From assembly GCA_016215455.1 (NCBI GenBank), contig JACRJP010000002.1, positions 87,622-151,621 on the forward strand: a stretch of DNA of 64,000 nucleotides. Direction: 5' to 3'. The DNA is from Candidatus Tayloriibacteriota bacterium (GTDB lineage Bacteria > Patescibacteriota > Minisyncoccia > Phycocordibacterales > PALSA-1337). Below are positions 40,130 to 49,523 of the stretch, piece by piece; the first letter of the stretch is position 1, and every line of letters starts with the position of its first letter. A model generated the notes under the pieces. That model was given only the letters and a program-made list of their open reading frames with translations. It was not told the DNA's origin and made no database searches. The translations under genes were made by a program, and so were the position numbers.

Positions 40130-41263
40130 ATGAAAAAAATACTTTTTATAATCGCAACTCTACTCATACTCACAAATCCTAGTGAAGGAAAAGCTGCTAT
40201 TCAAAGTTATAAACTACTTGAACCTCTTCCTTGTATCGGAACAACACAAGAATGTGTTGGGGGAAGGGTAGAACAAGTAGATCTCAAATCATACGTAGGA
40301 TACATTTTCAAACTTGTAATTGCCTTAGCTGGTGCTATTGCTGTATTTCGCATTACATGGGGAGGCTTTAAATACATGACGACCGACGCTATATTCGGTA
40401 AACAAGAAGGAAAGAAGGAGGTCAAAGACGCAATATATGGCTTAATCATGATACTTGCCTCATATCTTATACTTCGAACAATTGATCCACGGTTGGTAAA
40501 TATTAATACTGAAATTAAACCAATTGAACAAGCTGAGTACATAGACATGAACTCACTTTTTACTGACGTTGAAGAAGCAAGCAAGACTCTCTCAGAGGCA
40601 AATAAAACAGCCGGTGAATTAAGAGCTCAGATTGCAGCACTCAGAGCCCAGGCGGGAACGACAACGGATGAAGATTTAAGCATTCGACTTCGAACGGAAG
40701 CTCTTAATCTTGAACGTAAGGCTGAGAATATAACAGCAAATGCTGTAGCTGATGTAAATTTCGATTTGGCGAGAAAATCATTACAACAAAATACTGAGGT
40801 TTCTCTAAGCACGTCATTTAAAACCGATCTCGAATCAAGAATAAGAGTTATAGAAAAATCAGTACAAACAAACGTTCAACAACTGACTGATCTCGGAGAT
40901 ATTGATGGGGCAGCAAAACTTAAAGACAAAGGCAACTTCTATGTTATGTCAGTACGAGACGAATTAGATTTTACCGAGAAATTTAAAAAGATTGAAGAGA
41001 TAAATAATACCCGAACCACATGGACGACTGGTTTATGGGGTGGGCCGTATCTATACCTACTTGGAAAAGGTGTTGATAAAATTAAAAGTAAAAATGAATC
41101 TATTGTAGTTGCAGGAGATACTTTGATTAGTGAACTTCGAGCAAAAGAATCAAAAGCTCAACAATCAACAGATCCAGCACTGCAACAAGGCTACCTTGAT
41201 AATCTTCATGAACAAATTAAACAAACAGAAGATTTAATTAAACCACTTCGTCCAAATCCATGA
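40130..41263 (+). CDS. VirB2/TrbC-like pilin-topology domain fused to 250 aa coiled-coil region
   Basis: Signal peptide, then two hydrophobic helices (YIFKLVIALAGAIAVFRITWGGF and IYGLIMILASYLILRTI) separated by a short charged loop. Then a long Ala/Glu/Lys/Gln-rich helical region. Confidence 0.4.
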   Translation: MKKILFIIATLLILTNPSEGKAAIQSYKLLEPLPCIGTTQECVGGRVEQVDLKSYVGYIFKLVIALAGAIAVFRITWGGFKYMTTDAIFGKQEGKKEVKDAIYGLIMILASYLILRTIDPRLVNINTEIKPIEQAEYIDMNSLFTDVEEASKTLSEANKTAGELRAQIAALRAQAGTTTDEDLSIRLRTEALNLERKAENITANAVADVNFDLARKSLQQNTEVSLSTSFKTDLESRIRVIEKSVQTNVQQLTDLGDIDGAAKLKDKGNFYVMSVRDELDFTEKFKKIEEINNTRTTWTTGLWGGPYLYLLGKGVDKIKSKNESIVVAGDTLISELRAKESKAQQSTDPALQQGYLDNLHEQIKQTEDLIKPLRPNP

Positions 41264-42579
41264 AAAAAAGCACAGCATCATTACTTATATTCATAGTTCT
41301 CCTCATTCTTGGAGGGATTGGTTGGTATGTCTATACAACAAAGATTGCCCCACAGACAGGCACAACAGGTACTGATCCTTTTGGAGGATTTAACCCACTT
41401 GGAGGAACTGGCTCTACAGCGGTACCAGCAAATAATCAGGTGCCTACAACCCCTGATAGTCCTACAACAACCACACCGACACCAACCAAACTTCCTTTAC
41501 TACGACAACTTACTATAACACCAGTAGCTGGGGCTATGGCTTCGACAACAGCATCTTCAACAATTGTAAGATATGTTGATCGTGGGGTAGGGCATATATA
41601 TGAAATATCTCTAACTTCAAATGATTCTCAAAAAATCACCAACACAACAATTCCTCGTGTCTATACAACAACATGGAACCGACAAGGTACAGCTGTCATT
41701 CTTCGCTATATCAAAGAGGGAAGTACAATAATTAGTAACTTCTACGCAGACATCATCCCTCCAAAGAAGATTGTTGCGTCCTCTTCACCAAAAACAGCAA
41801 CAAGTACAGCAACCTCAACTATCGTTTCAACCCCAACACCCGTACAAGATGTTGTTGGTGAATTAAAAGGAAGATTTTTCCCAAGTAATATAATTGATAT
41901 AGCTGTTTCACCAAAAGGAGATCGTCTTTTTATCCTGTCCGAGGAAGGTGAGGGGAGTGTTGGATACCTCTCTCGTTTTACCGGAGATACTCGAACACAG
42001 ATATTTAATTCTCCACTTACACAATGGAATGTTGATTGGAATAATGAAGATAGTATTATACTAACCACAAAGGCAACCTACGCAGGTGTAGGTTTTGCAT
42101 ATCTTATTGATCTCAAGAAAGGTACTACAGAAAAGATCCTAGGGCCTTTGCGAGCACTCACAACAAAAGCAAGTACTGATACAACACAGTTATTCTATAC
42201 TTCGAGCGTTGATGGTAAACGCTTTATCTCAAAGATATTTACTCTAAAAGACCAAACTTCTCAGGATGTTGTATTCAGAACTCTCCCTGAAAAGTGTGTG
42301 TGGAGTAAGAAAAACTCTTCAATTATATTCTGTGCGGTACCAACAGACTTACGTGATACAAACCTACCTGATAGTTGGTATCAAGGAAAGGTTTCTTTTG
42401 TTGATACAGTATGGGAACTTGATACAGAAACAGGGGAGGTTCGCCAATTATCTAATCTTCTTGATCAATCAGGAAAGATAATTGATGTTACCAATCCATT
42501 CTTAGATCCAAAAGAAAACTTCCTCATCTTCACAAACAAACGAGACTTGACCCTCTGGTCACTTGATATTCAAGACTAA
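41260..42579 (+). CDS. Membrane-anchored protein with Thr/Pro-rich linker and beta-propeller-like C-terminal domain (hypothetical)
   Basis: N-terminal TM LLIFIVLLILGGIGWYVY, Thr/Pro linker, then repeated beta-strand-like segments. Last gene of the operon. Confidence 0.5.
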   Translation: MKKSTASLLIFIVLLILGGIGWYVYTTKIAPQTGTTGTDPFGGFNPLGGTGSTAVPANNQVPTTPDSPTTTTPTPTKLPLLRQLTITPVAGAMASTTASSTIVRYVDRGVGHIYEISLTSNDSQKITNTTIPRVYTTTWNRQGTAVILRYIKEGSTIISNFYADIIPPKKIVASSSPKTATSTATSTIVSTPTPVQDVVGELKGRFFPSNIIDIAVSPKGDRLFILSEEGEGSVGYLSRFTGDTRTQIFNSPLTQWNVDWNNEDSIILTTKATYAGVGFAYLIDLKKGTTEKILGPLRALTTKASTDTTQLFYTSSVDGKRFISKIFTLKDQTSQDVVFRTLPEKCVWSKKNSSIIFCAVPTDLRDTNLPDSWYQGKVSFVDTVWELDTETGEVRQLSNLLDQSGKIIDVTNPFLDPKENFLIFTNKRDLTLWSLDIQD

Positions 42580-42591
42580 CAACAGCTTTAT

Positions 42592-43347
42592 CTATTGGTT
42601 TTTTCGAGCAATTTGTCGACGCACCACAATCTCTTGGAAGATAGTAAATACATTTGAAACGATCCAGTATAGAGCAAAGATTGCTGCTGCCTTTGGTGCT
42701 TGGGTAGGAATGAGGAAATACGAAATAATAAACACCATAACAGGGAGAACGTACTTCATCTGCTTCATAGCATTTAACATAACTTCCTGACCAAAACCTT
42801 GGGTATTGTTTGCAGACTTTGCTGGAGTGGTCGCCTTAAGAGAGAAGTGGATCTGTACAAACTGTGAGACGGCAACAAAAAGAGATAGGACGAGACTTTT
42901 TTGAGTAATATCAATAAAACCAAAGAGAGTCATCTTAATAACAGGAACTGAAACAAAAGAGTAGAGATAACTTACATCAACAACAGGAAGACCCTTTTCA
43001 AACACTGAATACATCGCAATAAAGATAGGGAGTTGAATAATAAGTAGAAAGATACTTGAAAAAGGATTTACTTCTTTATCTTTATACATCTGCATTGTTG
43101 CTTTTGCCTGCTCTTCTTTGTTGTCTTTATATTTTTCACGAATCTTCGCAAGCTCAGGTTCAATTTCTTTCATTCGAGCCTGAGTAATAATAGACTTTCG
43201 AGAAAGAGGGAAGAGGATCAACCGAACAATACAAGTAAAAAGAATAACCGCAATTCCAGCATCTATTAATGGAACATAGTCCATGAGAAGGATGAGGATA
43301 TTGTAAAGTGGCTTAAAGACTATCGTTGAATATAAATATGAAAACAT
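42592..43347 (-). CDS. yidC: Membrane protein insertase YidC (short form)
   Basis: 251 aa, 5 TM segments, position after rnpA. Confidence 0.8.
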   Translation of the reverse strand: MFSYLYSTIVFKPLYNILILLMDYVPLIDAGIAVILFTCIVRLILFPLSRKSIITQARMKEIEPELAKIREKYKDNKEEQAKATMQMYKDKEVNPFSSIFLLIIQLPIFIAMYSVFEKGLPVVDVSYLYSFVSVPVIKMTLFGFIDITQKSLVLSLFVAVSQFVQIHFSLKATTPAKSANNTQGFGQEVMLNAMKQMKYVLPVMVFIISYFLIPTQAPKAAAIFALYWIVSNVFTIFQEIVVRRQIARKNQ

Positions 43348-43356
43348 TGTCTTTTA

Positions 43357-43692
43357 TTATATAAGAGAACCCTTTAAAAGGACATTCTTAATTTCGGTTG
43401 TTAATTGTTCTGGCGAGAGGTCTTTTATGTTTGTCTTAAGGACAAGCACCCCTTCATACCCTGGCCGTAGCTCAACCATAAGGTTTTTTAGGCTAGCGTA
43501 CACTCGGCGACGGAGTAAGTTCCTCATAACCGCTGTTGTAGCGACTTTCTTAGGGATTGTAACAGAAAACCGGCTCTGTACAGCGCCGGTTTTCTGAATT
43601 CTCATAAGAAAACGAGGGGAGTGTATTGGTGTTCCCGAAGTAACAACTCGAGCAAATTCTTCGCTTCGAAGTGTACGTGATCGTGGAAGCAT
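43357..43692 (-). CDS. rnpA: Ribonuclease P protein component
   Basis: 111 aa basic protein with RLRRRVYASL-type motif, between rpmH and yidC. Confidence 0.8.
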   Translation of the reverse strand: MLPRSRTLRSEEFARVVTSGTPIHSPRFLMRIQKTGAVQSRFSVTIPKKVATTAVMRNLLRRRVYASLKNLMVELRPGYEGVLVLKTNIKDLSPEQLTTEIKNVLLKGSLI

Positions 43693-43695
43693 GTA

Positions 43696-43830
43696 TTACA
43701 CTGTAATTCGTCGACGTCCTTTTGATCGACGTCGCTTCATAACATTCTTTCCTGCTGTCGACTTTCGACGCTTCAAGAAACCATGTGACCGAGCTCTCTT
43801 TCTTCCTTTAGGTTGATACGTTGTTGACAT
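43696..43830 (-). CDS. rpmH: 50S ribosomal protein L34
   Basis: Reverse-strand translation MSTTYQPKGRKRARSHGFLKRRKSTAGKNVMKRRRSKGRRRITV (44 aa). Below the ORF-track size cut-off. Confidence 0.85.
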   Translation of the reverse strand: MSTTYQPKGRKRARSHGFLKRRKSTAGKNVMKRRRSKGRRRITV

Positions 43831-43908
43831 AACAAAACAACTCTACAGTAAATTTGTATTTTTTTCAAGTGGTTCTTGAGAGGGGAGTAAAAAATATTGC
43901 AGAATTTT

Positions 43909-43947
43909 TTTTCCACAACTTATCAACATAGTTATAAACTTTCCACA
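43909..43947. other. DnaA-box-like 9-mers in rpmH-dnaA intergenic region (oriC candidate, part 1)
   Basis: TTTTCCACA (43909-43917), TTATCAACA (43920-43928), CTTTCCACA (43939-43947). Consensus is TTATCCACA. AT-rich surroundings. Confidence 0.5.
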
Positions 43948-44010
43948 AGTTCTCTAAAATATTAACAACGATATACTATGTTCATCGAATTACTATTTTA
44001 AAAACACATC

Positions 44011-45363
44011 ATGATGACAGATACAACCAAACTCTGGCAAACGGTACTTACTGAAATCGAACTTTCTGTTTCAAAGGCAAATTTTTTGATGTGGTTCAAG
44101 GAAACTTATATTCAAAAGGTTCATGAGGGAGTGGTGTATCTCGGTGTTCCAAGTACTTTTATTCAAGAATGGCTTAATAAGAAGTTTCATAACATCATTT
44201 TACGAGTCCTTCGTGAATCTGATGGCCAAATTCGAGCTTTAGAGTATGTGGTTGTAAAAGATGCAGAGAAACGTAAGGAGGAACCTCAAAAAATAGCAGC
44301 TCAACAGATGACTTCAAGTCTTCCTTTGAATGATTACTATATAAATAAGGACGATAACCTTAATCCTCGATACACTTTTGATAATTTTATCGTTGGACCA
44401 TTCAATGAACTTGCTTTTGCAGCAGCACAAGCAATCATTAAAAAGCCCGGAACCGCATATAATCCATTTTTCATATATGGAAGCACTGGTCATGGTAAAA
44501 CACACCTCATCCAAGCAATAGGGAATCATATAAAAGAGACTCATCCAGGGAAAAAGGTCTTCTATCTCACTTCAGAAAAGTTTGGATCTGACTATGTAAG
44601 CTCTCTACAGGCAAATAAAATTCTTGCTTTCAAGGAAAAGTATCGTAAATACGATGTTTTGATCATTGATGATATCCAATTCTTCTCAAACAAGGAGAAA
44701 TCACAAGAAGAACTCTTCCATTTATTCAACTCTCTCTATGAGGGGAATAAGCAGATCATATTCTCATCAGACAAACACCCTAATTTCATCCCAAATCTCG
44801 AGGATAGACTTCGTTCACGCTTCGGTTCAGGAATGATTATTGATATTCCTATCCCTGATCACGAATCTCGGCTCCAGATTCTTCAAGCAAAAGGTAAGAT
44901 GAATAACCTTAGTATTGATAATGAAGTAGCTCAATTCTTAGCCGCAAATGTAGAGGGAAGTATTCGAGAGCTTGAAGGTGTACTTAATGCGATTATCTGC
45001 CAAACACAACTAAAAGGACGTGCTCTAAGTCTTCTTGAGGTAAAAAATCTTATTAAAAACAGTTCTCGACCTAAAAAAACAGCTTCAGTGAAGGATGTTA
45101 TCAAACTTGTAGCTGATTTCTATAAAATTAGTGAAGATAGTATCTATGACAAGACACGAAAAAAAGAAGTAGTTAAACCTCGTCAGGTAATTATGTACAT
45201 CCTCCGTGAAGATTTCAGTATTTCATATCCATCTATCGGTGAAAAACTTGGTGGGAGAGATCATACTACTGTTATTCACTCTTGTGAGAAGGTAAAAGAG
45301 GATATTAAGGTTGATAGTAACCTCGTACAAGAACTTTCTGAGATTCGTGCGATGATGGCATAA
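44011..45363 (+). CDS. dnaA: Chromosomal replication initiator DnaA
   Basis: AAA+ Walker A GSTGHGKTHL, Walker B LIIDDIQ, and a C-terminal DNA-binding helix-turn-helix. 450 aa. Confidence 0.9.
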   Translation: MMTDTTKLWQTVLTEIELSVSKANFLMWFKETYIQKVHEGVVYLGVPSTFIQEWLNKKFHNIILRVLRESDGQIRALEYVVVKDAEKRKEEPQKIAAQQMTSSLPLNDYYINKDDNLNPRYTFDNFIVGPFNELAFAAAQAIIKKPGTAYNPFFIYGSTGHGKTHLIQAIGNHIKETHPGKKVFYLTSEKFGSDYVSSLQANKILAFKEKYRKYDVLIIDDIQFFSNKEKSQEELFHLFNSLYEGNKQIIFSSDKHPNFIPNLEDRLRSRFGSGMIIDIPIPDHESRLQILQAKGKMNNLSIDNEVAQFLAANVEGSIRELEGVLNAIICQTQLKGRALSLLEVKNLIKNSSRPKKTASVKDVIKLVADFYKISEDSIYDKTRKKEVVKPRQVIMYILREDFSISYPSIGEKLGGRDHTTVIHSCEKVKEDIKVDSNLVQELSEIRAMMA

Positions 45364-45368
45364 AATAT

Positions 45369-45552
45369 TGTGGATATTCTTGTGAGTAAGTTGGGGAATA
45401 CATAATCAAAAGTCTGTGAGTAGTTGAGGATAAGTTTGTTTTTTAAAAAATATTTCCAGATATATGTGAGTAACTCTAATAGAGTGTGGATTATTTTTTA
45501 CAAATTATAAGGCTTTGATTAGGTGTATAATTGAGTTATACCCAAATCCACA
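45369..45552. other. DnaA-box cluster in dnaA-dnaN intergenic region (oriC candidate, part 2)
   Basis: TGTGGATAT (45369-45377), TGTGGATTA (45485-45493), AAATCCACA (45544-45552), each one mismatch from the consensus. Repeated GTGAGTA motifs and AT-rich stretches. Confidence 0.5.
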
Positions 45553-45601
45553 GGACTAATAATGGTGAGTTGGTCTAAATATAAAATAAATACTAATACT
45601 T

Positions 45602-46702
45602 ATGAAAATAGAATGCGTTCGGGATAAGTTAGTTCCAATCCTCCAAAGTGTTGAACGTATTGCGAGTAAGAATCTTTCACTCCCAATACTTTCTTGTATT
45701 TATTTGGAAGCAAAAGATAGTGAATTAATCCTACGAACAACAAATCTTGATGTTGGTGTTGAGATTAGAGTACCTGCAAAAGTTGAAGTTCCTGGTGTAG
45801 TTGCTATTGGAGCCTCAATCCTTACAAGTTTTGTTGCGAGTGTAACACTTGATAAGAATATTAAATTTGAGCTCATTGAGGGTAATCTAAAGGTTACAAC
45901 TGCGCATAACTCAACAATTTTGAAAGCTCAACCAGCGGATGATTTTCCTGCTCTTCCTTCTATTTCAAGCGACGATATGTTTCTTATCAATTCACAAGAT
46001 TTCCTTAAGGGGTTAAAATCTGTGTCATATAGTGCTTCTGTTTCAGGGGTTAAGCCGGAACTCTCAAGTGTTTGTGTGTATTGTGAAGACGGTAATGTTG
46101 TTTTTGTTGCTACAGACTCATTTCGTCTCGCTGAAAAGAAAATAAAGGCTCGAAAAAGTAAGGATTTTGGTCAGATACTCATTCCTGTGAAGAATGTAGT
46201 TGATATTATTCGTGTATTCGATGGAATTGATGCCGATCTTGAGATTGGTTTGAGTAAGAATCAACTCACTATCACATATGAATCAATCTATTTTGTTTCT
46301 CGTGTTATTGATGGAATCTTTCCTGACTACAAACAAATTCTTCCAAAACAATCTACCACTGAAGTGGTAGTACTGAAAAACGATCTAATCGACGCGCTAA
46401 AGCTCTCAAACCTTTTTTCGGATAAGTTCCATCAGGTTAAGATTTCTGTGTCACCAAGCTCAAAATCATTCGAATTAAAAGCAAAGAGTAATGATATTGG
46501 AGAAAATGTTCGTAAGATTGACGCGACATTAGAAGGGGATGATGTTGAAGTTAATTTTAATCAAAAATATATTACGGATTGTTTTCAATCAATCGACGCT
46601 GATAGTATGAGTCTTAGTTTAAGTGGACTTAATCGCCCGATGATTATCCATCCTGTCGGTGGAGGTCAGTTTACTTACCTTGTAATGCCAATGAACCGTT
46701 AG
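45602..46702 (+). CDS. dnaN: DNA polymerase III beta sliding clamp
   Basis: 366 aa; three-domain clamp; directly downstream of dnaA. Confidence 0.85.
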   Translation: MKIECVRDKLVPILQSVERIASKNLSLPILSCIYLEAKDSELILRTTNLDVGVEIRVPAKVEVPGVVAIGASILTSFVASVTLDKNIKFELIEGNLKVTTAHNSTILKAQPADDFPALPSISSDDMFLINSQDFLKGLKSVSYSASVSGVKPELSSVCVYCEDGNVVFVATDSFRLAEKKIKARKSKDFGQILIPVKNVVDIIRVFDGIDADLEIGLSKNQLTITYESIYFVSRVIDGIFPDYKQILPKQSTTEVVVLKNDLIDALKLSNLFSDKFHQVKISVSPSSKSFELKAKSNDIGENVRKIDATLEGDDVEVNFNQKYITDCFQSIDADSMSLSLSGLNRPMIIHPVGGGQFTYLVMPMNR

Positions 46703-46703
46703 T

Positions 46704-46961
46704 ATGTTTAATATAAGCCAATTTCTTGAACGTTTTAAACACCTTGAAACAAACGAAACAGGAATGCGGTCGGCAATCTCCGATGCTATTCATCAGATTG
46801 TAGGGGTTAATGTTCCTCTTGAGGCAATTTCATATAAAAATAGTGTTATTAGTCTAAAAATAGATGGGGCACTCAAGAGTGAGTTGTATATAAAGAAGCA
46901 AAAAATGTTTGATATGCTCAAAAAAACACTTCCTCATCTTAAGGATATTCGTTTTTCTTAG
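46704..46961 (+). CDS. DUF721/DciA-like small protein
   Basis: 85 aa; start 2 nt after the dnaN stop. The pattern ...IVGVNVPLEAISYKNSVISLKIDGALKSELYIKK... resembles DUF721 proteins typically found beside dnaN. Confidence 0.35.
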   Translation: MFNISQFLERFKHLETNETGMRSAISDAIHQIVGVNVPLEAISYKNSVISLKIDGALKSELYIKKQKMFDMLKKTLPHLKDIRFS

Positions 46962-46972
46962 TAGATTTGTAA

Positions 46973-49504
46973 CTAACGACCTATTGGAAGGGTAAGGGTA
47001 GCTTCTCCTTTGTTAAGAATGTCGTCATACATTACAACTCGGATTTCTGCTCTATTTCCAAGGTTTGAGATACTGTTTGGAATAAAACTATATGAGAAAG
47101 GATTTTGTTCGTCAGATCCAAGATATGTGTTATTCACAAAAAACTCTGCACGTTTAATATTCATCTTACTTATTGCGGTTGCTGAGATGGTAATTCTGTC
47201 ATCTTTATAGAACTTACTATCCGAAGTAGGGGAGGTGATGGTTACCTTAGGGAAATTTTCAGGCACATGAACATCGTCAGTTGCTGTCGGTTTTACAAAA
47301 GCCCCACCCTCAACAAATCCTGGATTTCTTGCTTTCCATTCTTCAACCCACTTTCGTACACCATATTCCCAATTATTAAATTGATTATCAGACGCTGGAT
47401 TTGTTGGAACTTCTCCGTTTGGATTATCTTTATCGAGCCAGTAGAGGATAGAGTGAACATTATTTTGAACAATCTCCTCTTTGAATTCTATCGGAGTATA
47501 GTCAGTCGCAAGTTTTCCTGAGATTTTGTCACGGAAGTATGAATTACCACCTCTCCAGACACCTCGAAGAACAGGTTTAAGGTTGTCGGGTAGGGGTTCT
47601 GGTTTTTGAAAATGACTAACAGGTTGATTTTTAACAACCTCAGTAAAGAGAGCAGCCCATACAGGGGCAATAACAAGACCAGCAACTTTCTTTTCCATTG
47701 CGGTGTTGTCATTTTTTCCTGCCCAAGCACCAATCACAAGATCAGGTGTATATCCCTCAATCCATACGTCACGGTAGTCGTTTGTTGTACCTGTTTTAAC
47801 CGCAACCTCACGACGCATTGGTTCGATGAGAGTGTTAAGACTCTCAAGTCGTACTGATGGGTCAGAAAGTGCGTCGTTTATTTGGCGAGCGACATTTTGG
47901 GGAATTGCTTGGATAGGATTTTCTGTTGCTTGTTCAAGTATATTACCATCAGCATCTTTAACCATGAGAACGGCTCGGGTATCATTACGAACGCCATCAT
48001 TAGCAAACACACCATAAGCACCAGTGATTTCAAGAAGGGAAACTTCTCCACCTCCGAGAACAAGAGTGAGACCGTAACGATTTGGGTCCTTAAGGGTAGT
48101 AATACCCATATTTTCCGCTGTATGGATTGAGTCTTTGATACCAGCAAGGTAGAGGGTTTTTACTGCAGGAATGTTACGTGAGTGTGCTAAAGCCTTCTTC
48201 ATTGTTTCTGGACCCTCAAAAAGACCGTCGTAGTTTTCTGGAGAATAACATTTTGCAGATGTGTTTTTTGGTGTTCCATCCGGGTTACATTCACTCGAGA
48301 ATTCTGTTTTGACATCAAAAAGGATAGTCTCTGGTGTGTAACCTTTTTGGAATGCTGTTGCATATACAAAAGGTTTAAATGCCGATCCAGGCTGACGGAA
48401 TGCAGTTGTAATATTGAAGTTTCCATCAATTCTCTTGTCATAGTAATCACGAGAACCAATCATCATGAGAATATCTCCTGTTTTTGGACTAATACCCACC
48501 ATTGCTGTGTTACTTGCTCCAAAATCAGCTTCAAGGCGGGGTGCAAAACCACGAACAACCTCCTCTGCTTTTTCTTGTAAGCTGTAATCAAGTGTTGTAA
48601 TAACAGAAAGACCTCCTTGCTCAACAGTTTCTTCTCCATACTTATCTACAAGATATTGTTTTACATACAAAGAGAAATGAGGGGCACGTATATTAGTGTT
48701 TGTTTTTTCACGAAACACTACAACTTCCTTGCTCGCTATATCGTAGTCTTCTTGTGTAATAAATTTATTTTCTAACATCTTGCGAAGAACAAGTTGTTGT
48801 CGCTTATCGAGAGCTTCTTTATTTTTGCCGTAAGGGGAATAGAAGGTTGGTGCTTGAGGAATTGCGGCAATATAGGCAGCCTCACTCAATGTTACATCTT
48901 TTGCTGACTTACCAAAGAATAGGCGACTCGCTTCCTCAACACCGTACACACTTCCTCCATAAGGGGTTTCGTTGAGATATGTACTTAAAATCTGGTCTTT
49001 TGTAAGGATTTTTTCAACTTTTACTGCCAAAACCCATTCTTTGAGTTTTCGGGTGATAGTCTTGTCTTTAGTAAGAACACTGTTTTTGATAACTTGTTGA
49101 GTGATTGTTGATCCTCCTTGGGTAAGGCCTCCTGGAATAAGGTCAGCAATGATGGCACGGAGAATTGCAGTTGGTTTGATACCAATATGTTGATAAAACT
49201 CGTTATCCTCAATAGAAATTGTTGCATTTTTGATATTTTGAGAGATATCTTCGAAAGGGATTATGGTTCGTTTGGTGTTCTCGTGAATATCGTAGAGGAG
49301 TATTTTCCCGGTACGATCAAATATTTTTGTTGATTGGGCTATTTTACGCTGAGAAAAAGCGCTAATATCAGGCATTTTAAGGTTGGCAAGCCAGATAATT
49401 CCAGCACCCCCAACAAACAGCATAATGGCCAAACCGAGTATTACAAGCTCTTTCCAAAGTTTTTTAGATCTAAAAAAACCACGTTTTCTTGTCATTCTCA
49501 CCAT
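46973..49504 (-). CDS. Class A penicillin-binding protein (transglycosylase + transpeptidase), PBP1A-like
   Basis: N-terminal TM. GT51 motifs (IEDNEFYQHIGI, GGSTITQQ). Transpeptidase SxxK (SAFKPF), SxN and KTGT motifs. Extended C-terminal domain. Confidence 0.85.
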   Translation of the reverse strand: MVRMTRKRGFFRSKKLWKELVILGLAIMLFVGGAGIIWLANLKMPDISAFSQRKIAQSTKIFDRTGKILLYDIHENTKRTIIPFEDISQNIKNATISIEDNEFYQHIGIKPTAILRAIIADLIPGGLTQGGSTITQQVIKNSVLTKDKTITRKLKEWVLAVKVEKILTKDQILSTYLNETPYGGSVYGVEEASRLFFGKSAKDVTLSEAAYIAAIPQAPTFYSPYGKNKEALDKRQQLVLRKMLENKFITQEDYDIASKEVVVFREKTNTNIRAPHFSLYVKQYLVDKYGEETVEQGGLSVITTLDYSLQEKAEEVVRGFAPRLEADFGASNTAMVGISPKTGDILMMIGSRDYYDKRIDGNFNITTAFRQPGSAFKPFVYATAFQKGYTPETILFDVKTEFSSECNPDGTPKNTSAKCYSPENYDGLFEGPETMKKALAHSRNIPAVKTLYLAGIKDSIHTAENMGITTLKDPNRYGLTLVLGGGEVSLLEITGAYGVFANDGVRNDTRAVLMVKDADGNILEQATENPIQAIPQNVARQINDALSDPSVRLESLNTLIEPMRREVAVKTGTTNDYRDVWIEGYTPDLVIGAWAGKNDNTAMEKKVAGLVIAPVWAALFTEVVKNQPVSHFQKPEPLPDNLKPVLRGVWRGGNSYFRDKISGKLATDYTPIEFKEEIVQNNVHSILYWLDKDNPNGEVPTNPASDNQFNNWEYGVRKWVEEWKARNPGFVEGGAFVKPTATDDVHVPENFPKVTITSPTSDSKFYKDDRITISATAISKMNIKRAEFFVNNTYLGSDEQNPFSYSFIPNSISNLGNRAEIRVVMYDDILNKGEATLTLPIGR

Positions 49505-49523
49505 TCTAGCATATTATTTTGAC

